A DNA stretch of 64,000 nt from Eledone cirrhosa (lineage: Eukaryota), in the NCBI GenBank assembly GCA_964016885.1, contig CAXHJY010001703.1, forward strand, positions 1 to 64,000, written 5' to 3'. The position numbers and the translations under genes were made by a program. The notes beneath the pieces were generated by a model, which saw only the letters and a list, made by a program, of their open reading frames with translations, had not been told where the DNA came from and ran no database searches. Each line of letters starts with the position of its first letter. The stretch's first letter is position 1. Below, piece by piece: positions 1 to 14,697 of this stretch.

Positions 1-529
1 GATATTTAGCTGCTATATCTAACATGTTGACTGAACCTGTGGACAGACTGGTTGATCTGTTTTGCCATGAAATGACTTCATTATCATCATCACTGTTATT
101 CCATGCTGGCATGTGTAGCTGGTCTGTCTCTGAATATATCTGTATGTATAAGAGAAGAGAGGTGTATATGTAAGCATATACACTTTATGTATAATAAAAG
201 TAAGTCTTGCTGTGGGTATTTTAAGCTTTGTTCATGTCATAACTACTTCAGTCACATGATCACACCTTGAAATACCAACATTGAGACTTAGCATATATAC
301 TCAAATATAAGCCAACTCCTTATTTTACGTCTGAGAAATAGGCAAAAATCCAAACTCTGTTTTTAAGAAGCAGCAGGTAATCAACACATTATAATTAAAT
401 GGTGTAGATTTTGAAATTCTCATGAGTAGAGAATATATTTATGAAGTTTTAATATTTTGATATTTAAAATGTTCTGTGTTTAGAGTATAGTTTTTGTTTC
501 ACAAATCCATTAGTTGTTAGACAGTATGC

Positions 530-854
530 CCCCACCCCCTCCCACTGTAAAGTGGTTGTGTAGGTGTCACAACAAAAAGCACCCAACCTACACTGTAAAG
601 CAGTCATGTAGATGTCACAACAAAAATCACCCAGTGCACACTGTAAACTGATCATGTAGGTGTCACAACAAAAAGCACCCAGCACACACTGTAAATGTGG
701 TTGGCATTAGGAAGGTCATCCAGCCATATAAACCAAGCCAAAATCAGTTCTGTCTGAACAAAATACAGTCATCGGACCTGGCTTGTCTCACAACAGGACA
801 GCTAGTCTAACTACTGCTAGCGCGAAAAATGGATGTTAAACGATGATGATGATG
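530..854 (+). mobile_element. LINE/SINE-shared 3' tail fragment ending in (GAT)n
   Basis: Tandem 'gtaggtgtcacaacaaaaagcaccca..cacactgtaaa' units followed by 'ttaggaagg.catccagc' and a GAT tail, as in the LINE 3' end at 60520-60775. Confidence 0.7.
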
Positions 855-1224
855 AAAACCACTTTTAGAGATTTCCTGCTAAATCACTACAGGATGTTAA
901 TTAATTAACAAATTTACATGAGCAACATTTAGAAAAAAAATGACTGCATCACATTAAATAGTCAAGTTTTTAGTTTAATGCTGCAAATTTTTACTTTAAA
1001 ATAAAGTAATGTATTGTAAAACCTGGAGTGGTTATAATAAAAGAAGTGCCTTATGATTTTAAAATTAATAATGAAAAATATATTTTACTAATTCATTCCA
1101 AATTCTTGATTAAGTTGTATTTGGAACATAACTTAATATAGGTTCTAACATAAAATTATGATGGAAAGTTTTTAGATAAATATAAAGGTCGATCAAAATT
1201 GATGGAAGTTACGGAGTAGGTAGA

Positions 1225-1715
1225 CTCGGAAAAACCTGAGAGGATTTGATAAATTCCGACCTTACACACTTGCACCTCCCTAAGACAATGTCACTGGACC
1301 GAGATCTTTGGCGCCACGCAGTAATACAGAAGACCCACCTTGCCTATGTACAAAGCGAAACCTACAGTCAATAGGTACCTCTTCACCAAATATACACACC
1401 ACCCTTTCTCTGTAAAGTTATGTTGGTACCACGACATCCAGTCCAAACTAATGAGATCGAGATCGTGTAGGTGTCATGATAAAAAATACAGTCCACGCTG
1501 TAATGTGGCCATGCAGGTAACACGGTAAAAAGTTCCCAGTCCACACTGTAAATGTAGTTGGTGTTAGGAAGGGCATCCAGCTGTAGAAAACCTGCCAGAC
1601 AGTCCTATACAAGCGAGACACGGTCACCCGACCAATCTTGACTCAAGTGGGACAATGCCCGTCTAACCCATGCTAACGTGGAAGATAGACGTTAAACAAT
1701 GATGATGATGATGAT
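1225..1715 (+). mobile_element. RTE-like LINE 3' fragment
   Basis: Close match to 60285-60775 (aagacaatgtcactggaccgagat.tttggcg...; GAT tail). Confidence 0.85.
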
Positions 1716-2125
1716 AAACACTTTAAAACATACAGTTTTGCATCATAGAACAGGAATTATTTCAGGTAGTTTGGTATTAAAAGTGTTAAAACAATCCTCT
1801 TTTACAGCACCCTCCCCAACATTTAATACTACTGCTTACCTAGAATAAGTAACAGTAACCCCATTACCCAGCCCTCCTTACCCCAGTATTTTGGTATTTA
1901 ACATTATATATATATTTAGATATACATACACAGAGAGACACACATATATATATACACACACACACGTATATCTACATTGACATTTCACTAGCAAGATGTA
2001 ACTGTATCTAACATCACATTGTAAGTGGTTACCATAGACAAATATAGAACAATCACAAAACACACGAAAACAGTTTTGTATTTCTATCAAACCAGAAATA
2101 TTACGAATGCTTTACTAAATTCTAT

Positions 2126-2460
2126 TAACTCTTTTGATACTAAACTGACTGTGAAACCAGCCCTGATTTTTTTTATGATACAAAACTGTTTTTTTTAAGT
2201 GTTAATATTTATCTAAAAACCTCCCATCATAATTTTATGTAGGAATCTTCGTTAACCCTTTAGTTACCTTATTCGGCCAAAACTGGTTCTGATTCTATGA
2301 TATAAAACCATGTACTTTAAAGGTTTCCAATTTAAATTAAAATCTTCCAACATTTTAGTAAATCTTCAAAATTCATAATTAATTAATTAAAATAGACTGT
2401 ATTTCATTAGGAATGCAGTCACGAAAGGGTTAAATTATGTTCCAAACATAAATTTAAGAA
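2126..2460. mobile_element. Degenerate piggyBac-like MITE hosting a nested copy
   Basis: Starts TTAA-ctcttttgatac and is colinear with 7699-7935, but is interrupted at an internal TTAA. Confidence 0.55.
2252..2433. mobile_element. piggyBac-like MITE with TTAA target duplication
   Basis: TTAA-CCCTTTAGTTAC ... GTCACGAAAGGG-TTAA terminal inverted repeats. The related copy at about 7795 has a single empty TTAA at the same position. Confidence 0.7.
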
Positions 2461-2792
2461 GAGATCCATTTTATAGATTGTGGTTGTTAGAGAAAGAGAG
2501 AGAGAGAGAAGCGGATATATATATATACAAAATAAGAAACGAAAGGAGCTGTATGGTTACTAAAAACAAGGTTTAGGATGGTAGTTTGGACGGAACAAGA
2601 GGAGAAGAGAAGAAACCTAGCGGAGATATCGCTTAATATCGACGCGATGGTCCAGGTTTGTCAAATTATCCTAAGTTGGTTTTCTCGTTGCTTTGGTCTC
2701 TGCGGCTGGCTTACCGGTCGCAATCTTCAATTTGCCAAGCTGTCTAAAGGTAATGTTATTACTCTAAGGTAAAATACCTTATTGAGTGCTTA

Positions 2793-3167
<375 letters not shown>

Positions 3168-4159
3168 TCATATAGAGGGGGTGGGGTGAACAAAGGAGAA
3201 TTAATATTAGGTCCTTAAGTATGAAATGTCCGATTTTTTTAAACACTTTCAATTTGAAATCGGACATTTATATATATTTTAAATAAAAATCACATTTGGG
3301 TGAGTGGAGGGAGGGTTTAGACAAAGGAGAGATAATATATCAAATATTCACATTTTGGAGGCATGCAGAAAACAGAAAGAAAATGGTACCACAGTAAAAC
3401 GCACACCCAGTAAAATGGTTAAAGTTAGGAAAAGCTTACAGCCATAAAACTATGCCAAAAAGGGTTGAGAGGTTGCTTCAGTCATGACAGGTCAACATCC
3501 CTAGTGTTTGTGCCAAGAAAAATGCACCCACTACACCTTGTAAGGTTGTTGATGTTATTTTCTACAGTTGGATGCTCTTCCTATGCTAAAAAAAGAGATT
3601 GGAGGAATCTTTAGTTGTGTCAAGAGCATGACAATCTCTCTAGTGTTGGTGCTCCACATGATAAACACACTGTACAGTGGTTGGTGATAGGAAGAGTATC
3701 CAGCTATAGAAAACTTGGCAAAGGGTCAAGAGGACTCTTTGAATTCTGTCAAAGGCATGACAACCACCCTAGTGCTGGTGTCAAAGTTGCACACAGTGCA
3801 CTCTGTAGATTGTGGAAATTTATGTAAGTGAGATGTGGCCTTTCCTGACCCATCTGAGAGGTCTGTAGCTTCAATAAAGTACTGACTTGGTCTGTAACGA
3901 CCCAACTACTCATTGTTAAAAGGGGGGAAAAAATGAACATTAAATGATGCTCATGATGGTGCAAAAGCTGTTTAATTGGATGAGCAAGAATTACCTGGAA
4001 AGTCCTTGATACAAACTAAGGACTGTTATAAATATTATGAGAGGGCTTGAAAGGGAGGGGAGAAAGGACACCAATGTACCTCATCCTAGATCGCAGGTTA
4101 TGGTATAATGGGAAGTGTATTTATACTGGCCAAAACCGCAATACTTTGTAAGAGCAATA

Positions 4160-4580
4160 ATAATAATGGTTTCTGAATTAGGCACAAGGCAAACAGTTTT
4201 AGGAGAGGGAAAATTCGATTAAATTGACTCCAGTGCATTATTGGTCCTTTATTTTATCAACCCAGTAAAGATGAAAAGCAGAGCTAACCTCGACAGGATT
4301 TGAAATCAGTACATAAACTCTATGCCACAAAACAAGGTATCCGATGCTCTACTGATACTGCCAAGCCACCACTCTAATAATGATTTCTACTAGAGCCACA
4401 ATTTGTGGGGAGGGGAAAGTCGATTAAATCGACCTCAGTGCATTACTGGTATCTATTTTATCAACCCCTGTAAGGATGAAAAGTTAAGCTAAATTCGGCA
4501 GGATTTGAACTCAGAGTGTAAAGGGATGTAACTACATGCCACAAATCAGGTTGTCCAACGCTCTAATGATTCTACCAATC
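4160..4580 (-). mobile_element. Two tandem copies of SINE family B ((ATT)n tail)
   Basis: Both are homologous to 54181-54370 and 37286-37480 (cagtgcattactggtac...ttttatc.acccc.taaggatgaaa...ggatttgaactcag). Confidence 0.7.
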
Positions 4581-4626
4581 CAATAATAATAATAATAATA
4601 AACAAATAATTTGAATTACAAACTTA

Positions 4627-4794
<168 letters not shown>

Positions 4795-7698
4795 TCACAT
4801 ATATACACATGAATGTGTATATACATATACACATATATATATCCCAGGTTCAATTAGGGGTAACCACAGTAAGAAAGATACTCAATACATAGTAGAGTGT
4901 ATGTATATATAAATATATATATATATATATAAGGGGGTGTTGTAGTTTGCTTGAAGCATTGTGTTAGAGTATAAAGCAGTATGTTATTTGAAGGCTATGA
5001 CAATGCAAAATAGACAGTAGATTTTGGAATAAATTGAAGGCAATGAAGACGGTGTGTCACCTGTTATTTTATTTACCTGTCCTAACATTTTGGGTTTAAA
5101 AACCCTTTATCAGAAGACGAGAATGAAAAAAAAACTGTCTTGGAGTTCATGCTTTGTTGTTGAAAGGCTTGCCATTTTTTCCTGGTAAGCCATTAAACAA
5201 CAAAGCATGCTAGTGCAGAAAATGGATGCTAAACAACGATGATGATGACAATGATATATATATATTATATGCAGGTGGACAACCTATTAGGGTATTGTAT
5301 CCAACACTTCCGGTTTTGAACATGTTCAGGGGGTTCCAATGGAGAAACCATACCCACACAATAGCTACTAAGATAGCAACCAGAGGACACCTTGATAATT
5401 CCAGTGCAAAGAGACTTCTACATTATATCACAGATTTAACTGAGATGTAAAAATCATAGAGTGTTTGAAATTCCAATAGGATCCTGATCTGGAAAAAAAT
5501 CTGGGAGTCCAGTTCCACAGTTAGTTGTGTGGCTGTTTTGGGTTTGGACTATAACTGTGGGAAGGCAAGTTGGTGAAAACTTCTCCATTCAATCCATAAA
5601 ATATTACATCTATTAGTTACTTATTCCACCAATTAACTGCATAGATGGTGAACCACAATAAAATAGCTTAACAGATAGTATAGATTCATAACTTTTTGAT
5701 TTATTATTCTCTTTCTTACTCTTCTTAAACAGTTTAGGAGATTTTGACTAACCAGTTTAGTGTAATAAATTAACACTTAGTTTACTAGTTTCATGTCCTA
5801 TATTCACCCATTGTTGTAATCCCTTTGCTTCAGCCTAGCCTCGAGTTGATGGGGTGGCTGAGTGCAATGGGGGTGTAAAGCAACAGGGATACAGGGAGTG
5901 CTGCCAGAGTTGACAACTACTGCAAGTTGGGATAATGTGACAATAATGTCACCGTGAATGGCCAGTGGTGGGAATGCCATCGATATCTGGTGGCATGGAT
6001 GGATGGTGTTGTTGGGGTAACATCCCTACAATGCTATAGATAAGTAATGGCATAATCGCCAACTTAATAGGGAGCTAATATTGATAGAGGGGGAAATTGA
6101 ATTTTATCAATTCCCCAATCTCTCCACCCTAGATTCTTCAGAGAAACAGGGATGGATAAAACAATGTTTGGAAGACCATATGAAAAGGCTGGATTGAGAC
6201 TATGGAAATAACACACTGCATTGTCGTAAAACCCGTCAAAACATTTGTAATAGAAAATTTCCGATTAAATCATTGTAAAAACCCATTATGCATACTTATT
6301 CTTCTTCACTATCTATATATCTATACCAACAATTTAAAAGACGTTGGAAGAGGGACCAACCTAATAAAATGTAAAAATCACCACACCCAGAACATAATTC
6401 CATGCTTTAAATACTTTTTGATTTACTAGATTCAAAATCCAAAGATACTTTAATAAGAATTTTTGTAAAAATTGCCATTTACTTATTTATTTATTGTATA
6501 TTCCAGAATATTACCTATTGGCAGGAACTATAGAAATTCCATGTTTTATATACAAAGTTTCCCCCTCAATTTCGTCAATCTCATTTATCATTGTCTACTT
6601 TAATTGTTTTTTTGCCAATCTCAATTTCATAATTTCAATGATCTGTGAGTAAAGATATTCCAACCAAGATCATTCTGTCCTTCACTTGAGCACTGCATGT
6701 CTAGGACTACATTATACAATGTGCCACTTTCTTTTTAAGACAGTTGGATGAATATAAGGAAGATTTGGCTGCTATTTCTAGTATGTTGAGCGATCACATA
6801 AAAACTCCATTCACTTTTTACTCCAGATTACAACTGACATCTAACACATAACAAGCAGAAAATAAACAGAATAAACTTCCAAAATGCCAAGAATTATTGG
6901 AAAACTATTTCTTCTCCAGCCTGTGGCATTTGAGATGTTTGGTGCTCTTGTCATTGAACTGACGTATAAAGTAATGCTTCTTGGTGAGAGTGCTTGATTA
7001 TTCCAGCATTTTAGCCTTGTTATCACCCATATCAATGCTGTGTGTTGGCTTGCCCTAAAACTTATTAGCAGGAAACTCTAGTGGCCCTTTTTGTAGCATA
7101 TGATTAAGTGTGTGTGTGTCTTCTCCCATTTTTCCCCTGCTTTTATTTTTTAAAATATGAATTGTGTTTTATTTCTATGTATAATTAATTATGTGGAATA
7201 AAAACATTGAATTAGAGATTAAAACACAGAATGAACAAGATGATGATGATGAAGATGGAGGGTAATCAAAAATAAATATAACTGGAAACAGCAAAAAGCA
7301 CTTCATGTTAAAGTAGAGAGTGTTTAATAAAGACACATATATATTAAGTGGCAAGGTAAAGCTGTTTGGAGGTGTCTGGTTACTCTAATACATAACATAT
7401 CAACTTCACTCATAGAATACTTAAAGCCAACACCCAAGAAAACCTTCAGTAAGATATCTTCTTCCTGCTTTTATTTATTTTACATCTAAATAAAGAAAGA
7501 CTGACAGTTAAGTGTAGAGTGTATATCCTGTATATCCTGTTTTAGACTAATCAAACGAACTAAGCAGTCATCATCTTCATGAGATAATTACAATAATACT
7601 AATGATACCGACCTGCTGTAGCTTACTTCATGTTTGCCAGATTGGGCTATTACTTTTCAAGACTACATGATGTTTTTTTTTTGTGTTATTTGCCACTT

Positions 7699-7935
7699 TA
7701 ACCTTTTTGATACCAAACTGCCTGAAACTGCTCTTTTAAAGTATTCATATTTATCTAAAAACCTTCCATCATAATTTTATGTAAAGACCTTTGTTAAGTT
7801 ATGTTCCAAACACCAGCTAAATAATGAGAAAGTTAGTTTAAATTACTAAATCCTTCTACATTCTAGATTATTTTCAAAAATATTTGAAAATCATAGGCAG
7901 TATTTTACATTAGAAATATTGCAACGAAAAGCTGA
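7699..7935. mobile_element. piggyBac-like MITE (empty-site version of 2126-2460)
   Basis: Shared body (aaaaccttccatcataattttatgt...ttaagttatgttccaaacac). Further fragments at about 1085-1185, 1720-1790 and 39690-40085. Confidence 0.55.
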
Positions 7936-9381
7936 AAAATTTCATCTTTAATGGTAAAAATCCAGTTGAATATCATATAAATTAGTATTAGTATTAGTCT
8001 ATACGATATAGACTTGTGTATGTATTGTATATACAACATGAAAAATCAGTATCTGACGAACCTGAATTGAAATATATGGGATGTTATAAATGTTTGTAAA
8101 ATAGAAGTATCACACACACAAGTTAACTTTACCATTCATCTTTTCAGAGGTCAGGAGAACAACAGATAATGAATCAGCCCAGAGGATGGTGGATTAGTGG
8201 ATTTGTAAGACAGGATAACTTGCAATATCTGTGCATTCTGAGTTCAAATCCCACCTCTTGCCAGCAAGAAAACATTAAAACATTAAAACATCCAAGAAAC
8301 CTCTTATGAGAAGTAATCTCACAGGAGGCTGGCTGAAACTTATGATAGACATGAGCCCTAACAACAACATCCTAATCTAGGAAATATATTCCAAATTCAT
8401 TTAACAACACACAGCAGTTTGTCAAGAAAACTAAGCTAAAAACAACAATAATAATAAAAAAGAAAGACCAACAGAAAAGAGGTGATACAAAATGCCAATA
8501 CTTGCAGATAGGGAGATCAAAGTCAATTTACCAGATATTGTAGTCAAAGATCACAAAAAAAAAAAGGGAAATGCCTTCTAAATGACATATCAACCCCTAC
8601 AAACAGCAATATATCTATCAAGGAATTAGATAAATTATCTAAATATATAGATCTGGAGACAGAAATAACCTAAATGTCGATGATGTACACAGAAACAAAT
8701 TTCTTTAATAATAGGTGATCTGGGAATGATAAAACACACACAGACATAACCAAAACCCCAGGACTTACACACACACAGAGTGTCCCCAAAAAAGTATACA
8801 CATTTTAACAGTATTCTAATAAATATTGCCTGTACAGTTCATCAAATTGTGTATACATTTTGCAGGGACACCCTGTATATACAGCATATAGAAAATAGCA
8901 CTACTATGCACTGCACACACGTTAGGAAGAGTACTCTTAAGAGTATTCCCAATACAGTAGAAACAACAATATTACACATACCTAAGACAACTTTTCTCAG
9001 CAATACAGTAATAGCATGCAATGGAAATAAGACTAATGATAAATAAAGAAGTAAATAAACAACAACAGTAATAATAATCAGCATTATTCCAGTCAGTAGT
9101 TACATGACAATCATATTACTACAACCTAAGTGTTATTTTAACAAGATGCTCCAGAGATTAGATGTAATTATGAAAGAGAAGTTTAAGTTTCTAATGATAA
9201 ATCCAACAGACAGAAATAGTGAAGTTATTAAAAGCAAGAGATAAAATGATGAATGTTGGAACTAAACTGAAACAAAAGTAGTATTTTCATATCTGTTTAG
9301 TAGAAAATAGTGACTAGACTACTATTAGATATCCTATTATTGCTATCATCATTCAATTTCACATGGAGGCACATTGGCTAT

Positions 9382-9736
9382 GGAGGCACATTGGCTTAGT
9401 GGTTAGAGCATTGGCCTTGCAATCGAAAGGTTGTGAGTTCAATTCTCAGACCGGGTGGGTGATGTGTTGTTTCCTTGAGCAAGACACTTTATTTCACATT
9501 GCTCCAGTTTACTCAGCTGTAGAAATGAGATGATAGGGACTGGGTTCCCTATCATTCCACTGCAAAGTGGACGTGTAGGCGCCACGGCAAAAAAGCACCC
9601 AGCACTCACTGTAAATGAGGTTGGTGTTAGGAAGGGCATCCAGCTGTAGAAATCAAGCCAGAATCAGTTCCCGTCCCACCCTTGCAAGCAGGGAAAAGCG
9701 GACGTAAAATGAAATGATGATGATGATGATGATGAT
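9382..9736 (+). mobile_element. tRNA-derived SINE family A with LINE-like 3' tail
   Basis: A-box TGGCTTAGTGG, B-box GTTCAATTC and tRNA-like head with a ttGCAat loop. The 3' end is shared with the LINE tail and ends in (GAT)n. Near-identical to 58614-58961. The first 17 nt are duplicated at 9363-9379. Confidence 0.9.
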
Positions 9737-10444
9737 GGCCTGATAGATTACCACATGTGAAACTCAATAAAGATTGACCGCCATTCCTAGACCAACACCA
9801 CCACCACCACCATTACCAACACTACCAATTTTATCAACAACACACCAATAGCAGAACCACTACTACCACCACCATTAATTACCAACACTACCACAAAAAC
9901 AACCTAATAACAGAGCCACCACCACCACCAACAACAACAACTGATAAAATAAATGAAAGTGAAATTTCAATTGGTTATTTATTAAGCGAATTATTACATC
10001 TATATTGTACAAGAGTAATTTTAGCCCTTAAGCACAGACACACACACAACAATATTCATTTACACAAGATTCTATCTCAAAAACATCACACACACACACA
10101 CACACTCACACAACATTATATGTCTCACACACACACCTTATACATCATAGCCACACATAACCTTTCACACTGCACACACTTCACAGATACATGTACAACC
10201 TTATACAGATACACATACACAACACACATAAACAGATTTATGCATGGAAAGATGGGCACACCTCCACAGTGTACTGTGACACATCAATTGCTTACTTTCT
10301 CTTCAACACCATACCCATGACACAAAACTTACTCCTCCCACATCCCCAAATTCCAATGTCCTTACCCAACCATGTACAACCAGATTTTGTAGACATATGA
10401 ATGTCCTGTGTGGCCAGAGCATAGACACAGACATATATATATAT

Positions 10445-10660
10445 CGACAGTTGATCAATTCTCGTCAAATCAGACCGAGGAAACAATGTTTCCATTGGTC
10501 TTTCCAATTGCTAATACTATCTATCGGTTGCATCTCCAGGGAGAAGGAGCAACATGAAATAAAGTGTCTTGCCCAAGGACATAACGCATCGCCCAGTCCG
10601 GAAATCAAACTTACAACCTCATGATTGCGAATCCAATTCTCTAACCACTCAGCCATGCGA
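10445..10660 (-). mobile_element. tRNA-derived SINE (family A-related head)
   Basis: Reverse complement reads gcatggctgagtggttagagaattggattcgcaatcatgaggttgtaag...tgtccttgggcaagacactttatttca. Confidence 0.75.
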
Positions 10661-10834
10661 CTATATGTACTATTAACTCCTGTGTTTGTTTGTCCTTTTG
10701 AACTATATATATACACATGCACCTGGTTGGTTCTTTTTGCAACTGTTTTGTCATCAAGTGATTGCCAGACACTATGATCAATATTCTGTGTATTGATCAA
10801 AATTATTCTTATATATATATACACACATATATAT

Positions 10835-11440
10835 CATCATCATCACCGTTTTACATCCGTTCTTCCATGCTAGCATGGGTTAGGTGGATTGTCCTGTTGT
10901 GGGCAGTGTCTGGTCGGCTGACCTTGTCTTGCTCATACGGGAACTGATCCCGTCTTGATTTCTACAGCTGGATGCCCTTCCTAATACCAACCTCATTTAC
11001 AGTGAGTGCTGGGTGCTTTTTTTTCCGTGGTGCCTACACATCCACTTTACAGTGTGGGCCAGGTGCTTTTTTGCCGTGGCACCTCCACGACTACTTTGCA
11101 GTGGGAGGGGGTGAGAGCATATTGTCTATATGCTTCAGCTTCGGCTTGTACCCGTGTGAAGTCAGGTCTTCTGTATTACTGCGTGACGCCATAAGTCACG
11201 GTCGTATGTCATCGCCTTTGAGAGGTGTAATTGGGTAAGGTTGGCTTTTATCACCTCATTCCAGGTCTTCTTGGGTCTCCCCACTCCGCGGCTTCCATCA
11301 ACTTCTAGTGTTCTGCACCTTTTTCTGCAGCTGTCATCCTTCATACACATCACATGTCCATACCAACGCAACCTCCTCTCCTGTACATAGCATTTGATTC
11401 CTCTTATGCTCAGTCTCTCTCTCAATTCGTTTATGCTTTA
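10835..11440 (-). mobile_element. RTE-like LINE 3' fragment
   Basis: ORF 11162-11425 (RRLRWYGHVM...GRPKKTW...DRDLWR) is the RTE C-terminus. 3' UTR and (GAT)n tail present. Confidence 0.88.
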
Positions 11441-12995
11441 CATATATTTATACATGGGTGTGTGTGTATCTTTGGTTATTCTATAACCTAGCAGTTTGAC
11501 AAAAAAATAAAATTCATAAAATAAGTACCGCCAGATACCACTCACTTTCCTTATGGCCATCCTCCGCAAGTAACACGTAGCTTACCCTATACTCTCACGC
11601 AACACTCCATATCACTGCCCTCCAAGCCAAGCCGAGGACACAAGTGTGCTAGTGTTCATAAGTAGTAGTGCTGTTATCACAATAAAATACACTCAGACCC
11701 CACTTTAAAATAGTAGAGCTGGTGCCATGATAAAATGCACCCAGCCCACACTGTAAAACAGTAGTGCTGGTATCATGATAAAAGGCATCCAATACACCAT
11801 GTCAAGAAGTGGTCAGTGTTAGAAAGGGCATCCAGCTGTAGAAACCATGCCAGAGGGGAAGGTATAAATGAATGTGCCAACCTGTCTAACCTATGCAAAC
11901 ATGGAAAATAACCATTAAACACTGATGGCTGCAAAGGTAGCAGTGGTGGTGGTGACAGTGATGGTGGTGATGATGAAACATACCTAATGTGTCAAAAATA
12001 CCTGATTATTGTATAAATGGTATAATTTCTTAAGTGGTTAATCTGTAATTTAAAGGATCATAAATGACTATATCCCTTCATCTAAAGGGGAGTTGCTAAT
12101 AGATATAACAGAGATGAACAATAGATTATTAATAAAGATTATTTAAAAACCCAATTACATTAACAATTACTGCATGAAAGAGTCATTTTAGTTATTTACA
12201 AACATAAAAACTATTAACTCTCCTTTGTGCCAGTTAACAGGCAGAAGATTGCAATGAAACTTTTGATACTAGGAAAAAAATGAATAAAGATAACAGTTTT
12301 TATGTTTTTAAATGGCTATAATGATTTCCAAGTAGTAATTGTTTAAGTTTCTACACATGATGTAAGATTAAATCACATTTTTCTGAAATATAAACAGTGA
12401 CATATATACAACAAGCATTTGAAGGCCATTTCCCCTGCTTATCATGGGGTCCATTTTGAGACAGTGTTTTACAGTGGGATACCCTTCTAGTCATCAACCC
12501 TTGCAACATGCAGAGATATGGTATACCTATTCTAAACTGGATATACAAGCAAAAGAGTGATATCATCATCATCATAATCACCAGCATTTTACATCTGTTT
12601 TCTATGACGGCATGGGTTGGACTAACATGTCAGTTGACAACATTTTGGCTAGATTTCTACAACTAGATGACCTTCTTAACACCAACCACTTTACAGAATG
12701 TACTAGTGTACTAGGTATTTTATCAAGGTATCAGAACAATATATATATGTTTGATGACTGGAACCAGCAAAAGAATATATGTAGCAGGGAAACCTGACGT
12801 TAAAACGACAATGATGTGCGTGCACACACACACATATATATATAGAGAGGGGGGGGGGGCAGAAAAGGTGGAATTGGAAATAGCACGGAAAATATATTTA
12901 AGGATCTGTTTTATAAAACTCTCAATTCCACCTTTTCTCTATCACCACTGTTTTGTATAGAACCTTACTCCCTTTTCAAATATATATATATATAA

Positions 12996-13736
12996 ACGAA
13001 CTGAGAAATTAGGAATAAGAGGGATCAGATGTTGTTTACTCGAGAGAAGACTACGTTGGTACGGTCATGTGATGCGCATGAAAGACGACAGCTGTATACA
13101 AAAGTGCAGACCCAGAAAAACCTGGGACGACTTGATAAATTCCGACCTCACACACACCTCTCCAAGACAATGTCACTGGACCGAGATCTTTGGCGCTACA
13201 CAGTAATACAGAAGACCCGCCTTGCCTAAGTACAAAGCGAAACCTACAGTCAGTAGGCACCTCTAACAAAATACACCCCCGTCCCACTACCCCCACCCCT
13301 TTAAATGTGAAGTTATGTTGGCACCACAACATCCAGTCCAAAACAAATGAGGTCGTGTAGGTGTCACGACAAAAAAACACACAGTCCACGCTGTAATGTG
13401 GCCGTGTAGGTAACACGGTAAAAACCTCCCAGTCCACACTGTAAACGTGGTTGGTGTTGGGAAGGGCACCCAGCCGTAGAAAACCCGCCAGACGTGTAGG
13501 TGTCACTACAAAAAAAAAACACAGTCCACGCTGTAATGTGGCCATGTAGGTAACACGGTAAAAACCTCCCAGTCCACACTGTAAACGTGGTTGGTGTTAG
13601 GAAAGGCATCCAGCCGTAGAAAACCCGCCAGACAGTCCTATACGAGCAGGACAACCAATCTTGCCTCAAGTGGGAAAACTCCCATCCAAACCCATGCAAG
13701 CGTGGAACATGGACGTTGAACGATGATGATGATGAT
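12996..13736 (+). mobile_element. RTE-like LINE 3' fragment with internal deletion and about 140 bp tandem duplication
   Basis: Matches 60128-60775. The segment at about 13354-13493 is repeated at about 13494-13633. Preceded by (TA)n and ends in (GAT)n. Confidence 0.88.
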
Positions 13737-14267
13737 ATATATACACACACACACACACACACGGAGCAAGAGAGAACACAGTTGACAAAAGACGTTGATT
13801 TCTGTTATGAACGAAAACATTTTAGAACATTTGTTACTTCATTTTTGTCTTACATTTGTGTTCTATGAATTTTTACATAAGACATTTTGGATCATTTTTG
13901 ACAGATCATAGCATTTCTGTGTGACAGATGGACAAAAATGATGTACAGTTAGTATAATATAGTTTTGTATTTTGCAATATTTCAAAATCATCTCAGCAGA
14001 GTTTCTATAAATTATATATATATTTTTTCCCTATACAACCCTACCCAACAACAAAATACAATAAGTCTAAACTAGCCAAAAATACCACACAAAATAAAAT
14101 TAAAATCACACTAAAAAATCCTTTCATACCAGAGACCTTTCAACAGCCATCTTAGTCTGCACAATATCAGAGGCATGATTCAATATATATAATTTTTCTT
14201 ACACAACTCCACCCAGCCATATACAAGAAGCCTAAACTAGCCAAAACACCACACAAACTACAATTAC

Positions 14268-14293
14268 CTGGTTAAATAAGATATATAATGCAT
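14268..14293 (-). CDS. KIFAP3: Candidate first coding exon of KIFAP3 (MHYISYLTR, phase 2)
   Basis: ATG CAT TAT ATA TCT TAT TTA ACC AG|GTAATT. The phase-2 donor joins correctly to exon 4628-4759 and ends YL.R like known KAP3 (RYLKR). Too short to be certain. Confidence 0.25.
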
Positions 14294-14630
14294 GCAACTA
14301 TATTTTACAACCAGGGTGTTGTTATTCAAAGTATGGTCGGTGTTATTTTACTGTAGTTTATAAATAAGTTTAGATAAATGAAGATTACACTATCTTTATG
14401 TAGTTTTAGGTTCTAAGGTGACCTTATTCTCATTATGGGAGTTGTATGTGAAGATCTTAAGGCACATATGTTTCTGGGTAACATATGCCATGGGTGTGTA
14501 TATACATAGATCTCTCTCTCTCTCTGCATATGTATATATAAATTAGTAAAATCCCAATGGAGGACCCACTCTGTTTTGGCTGGCCTGCAATCTTACTGGC
14601 ATTGAAGCACATATCTTTCATTTTCTCTCT

Positions 14631-14694
<64 letters not shown>

Positions 14695-14697
14695 GGG

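Noticed and set aside
9382-9455. tRNA-Cys-like gene (also at 14698 and 58614)
   Set aside because: No proper acceptor stem or terminator; it continues into a repeated body, so it is a SINE head.
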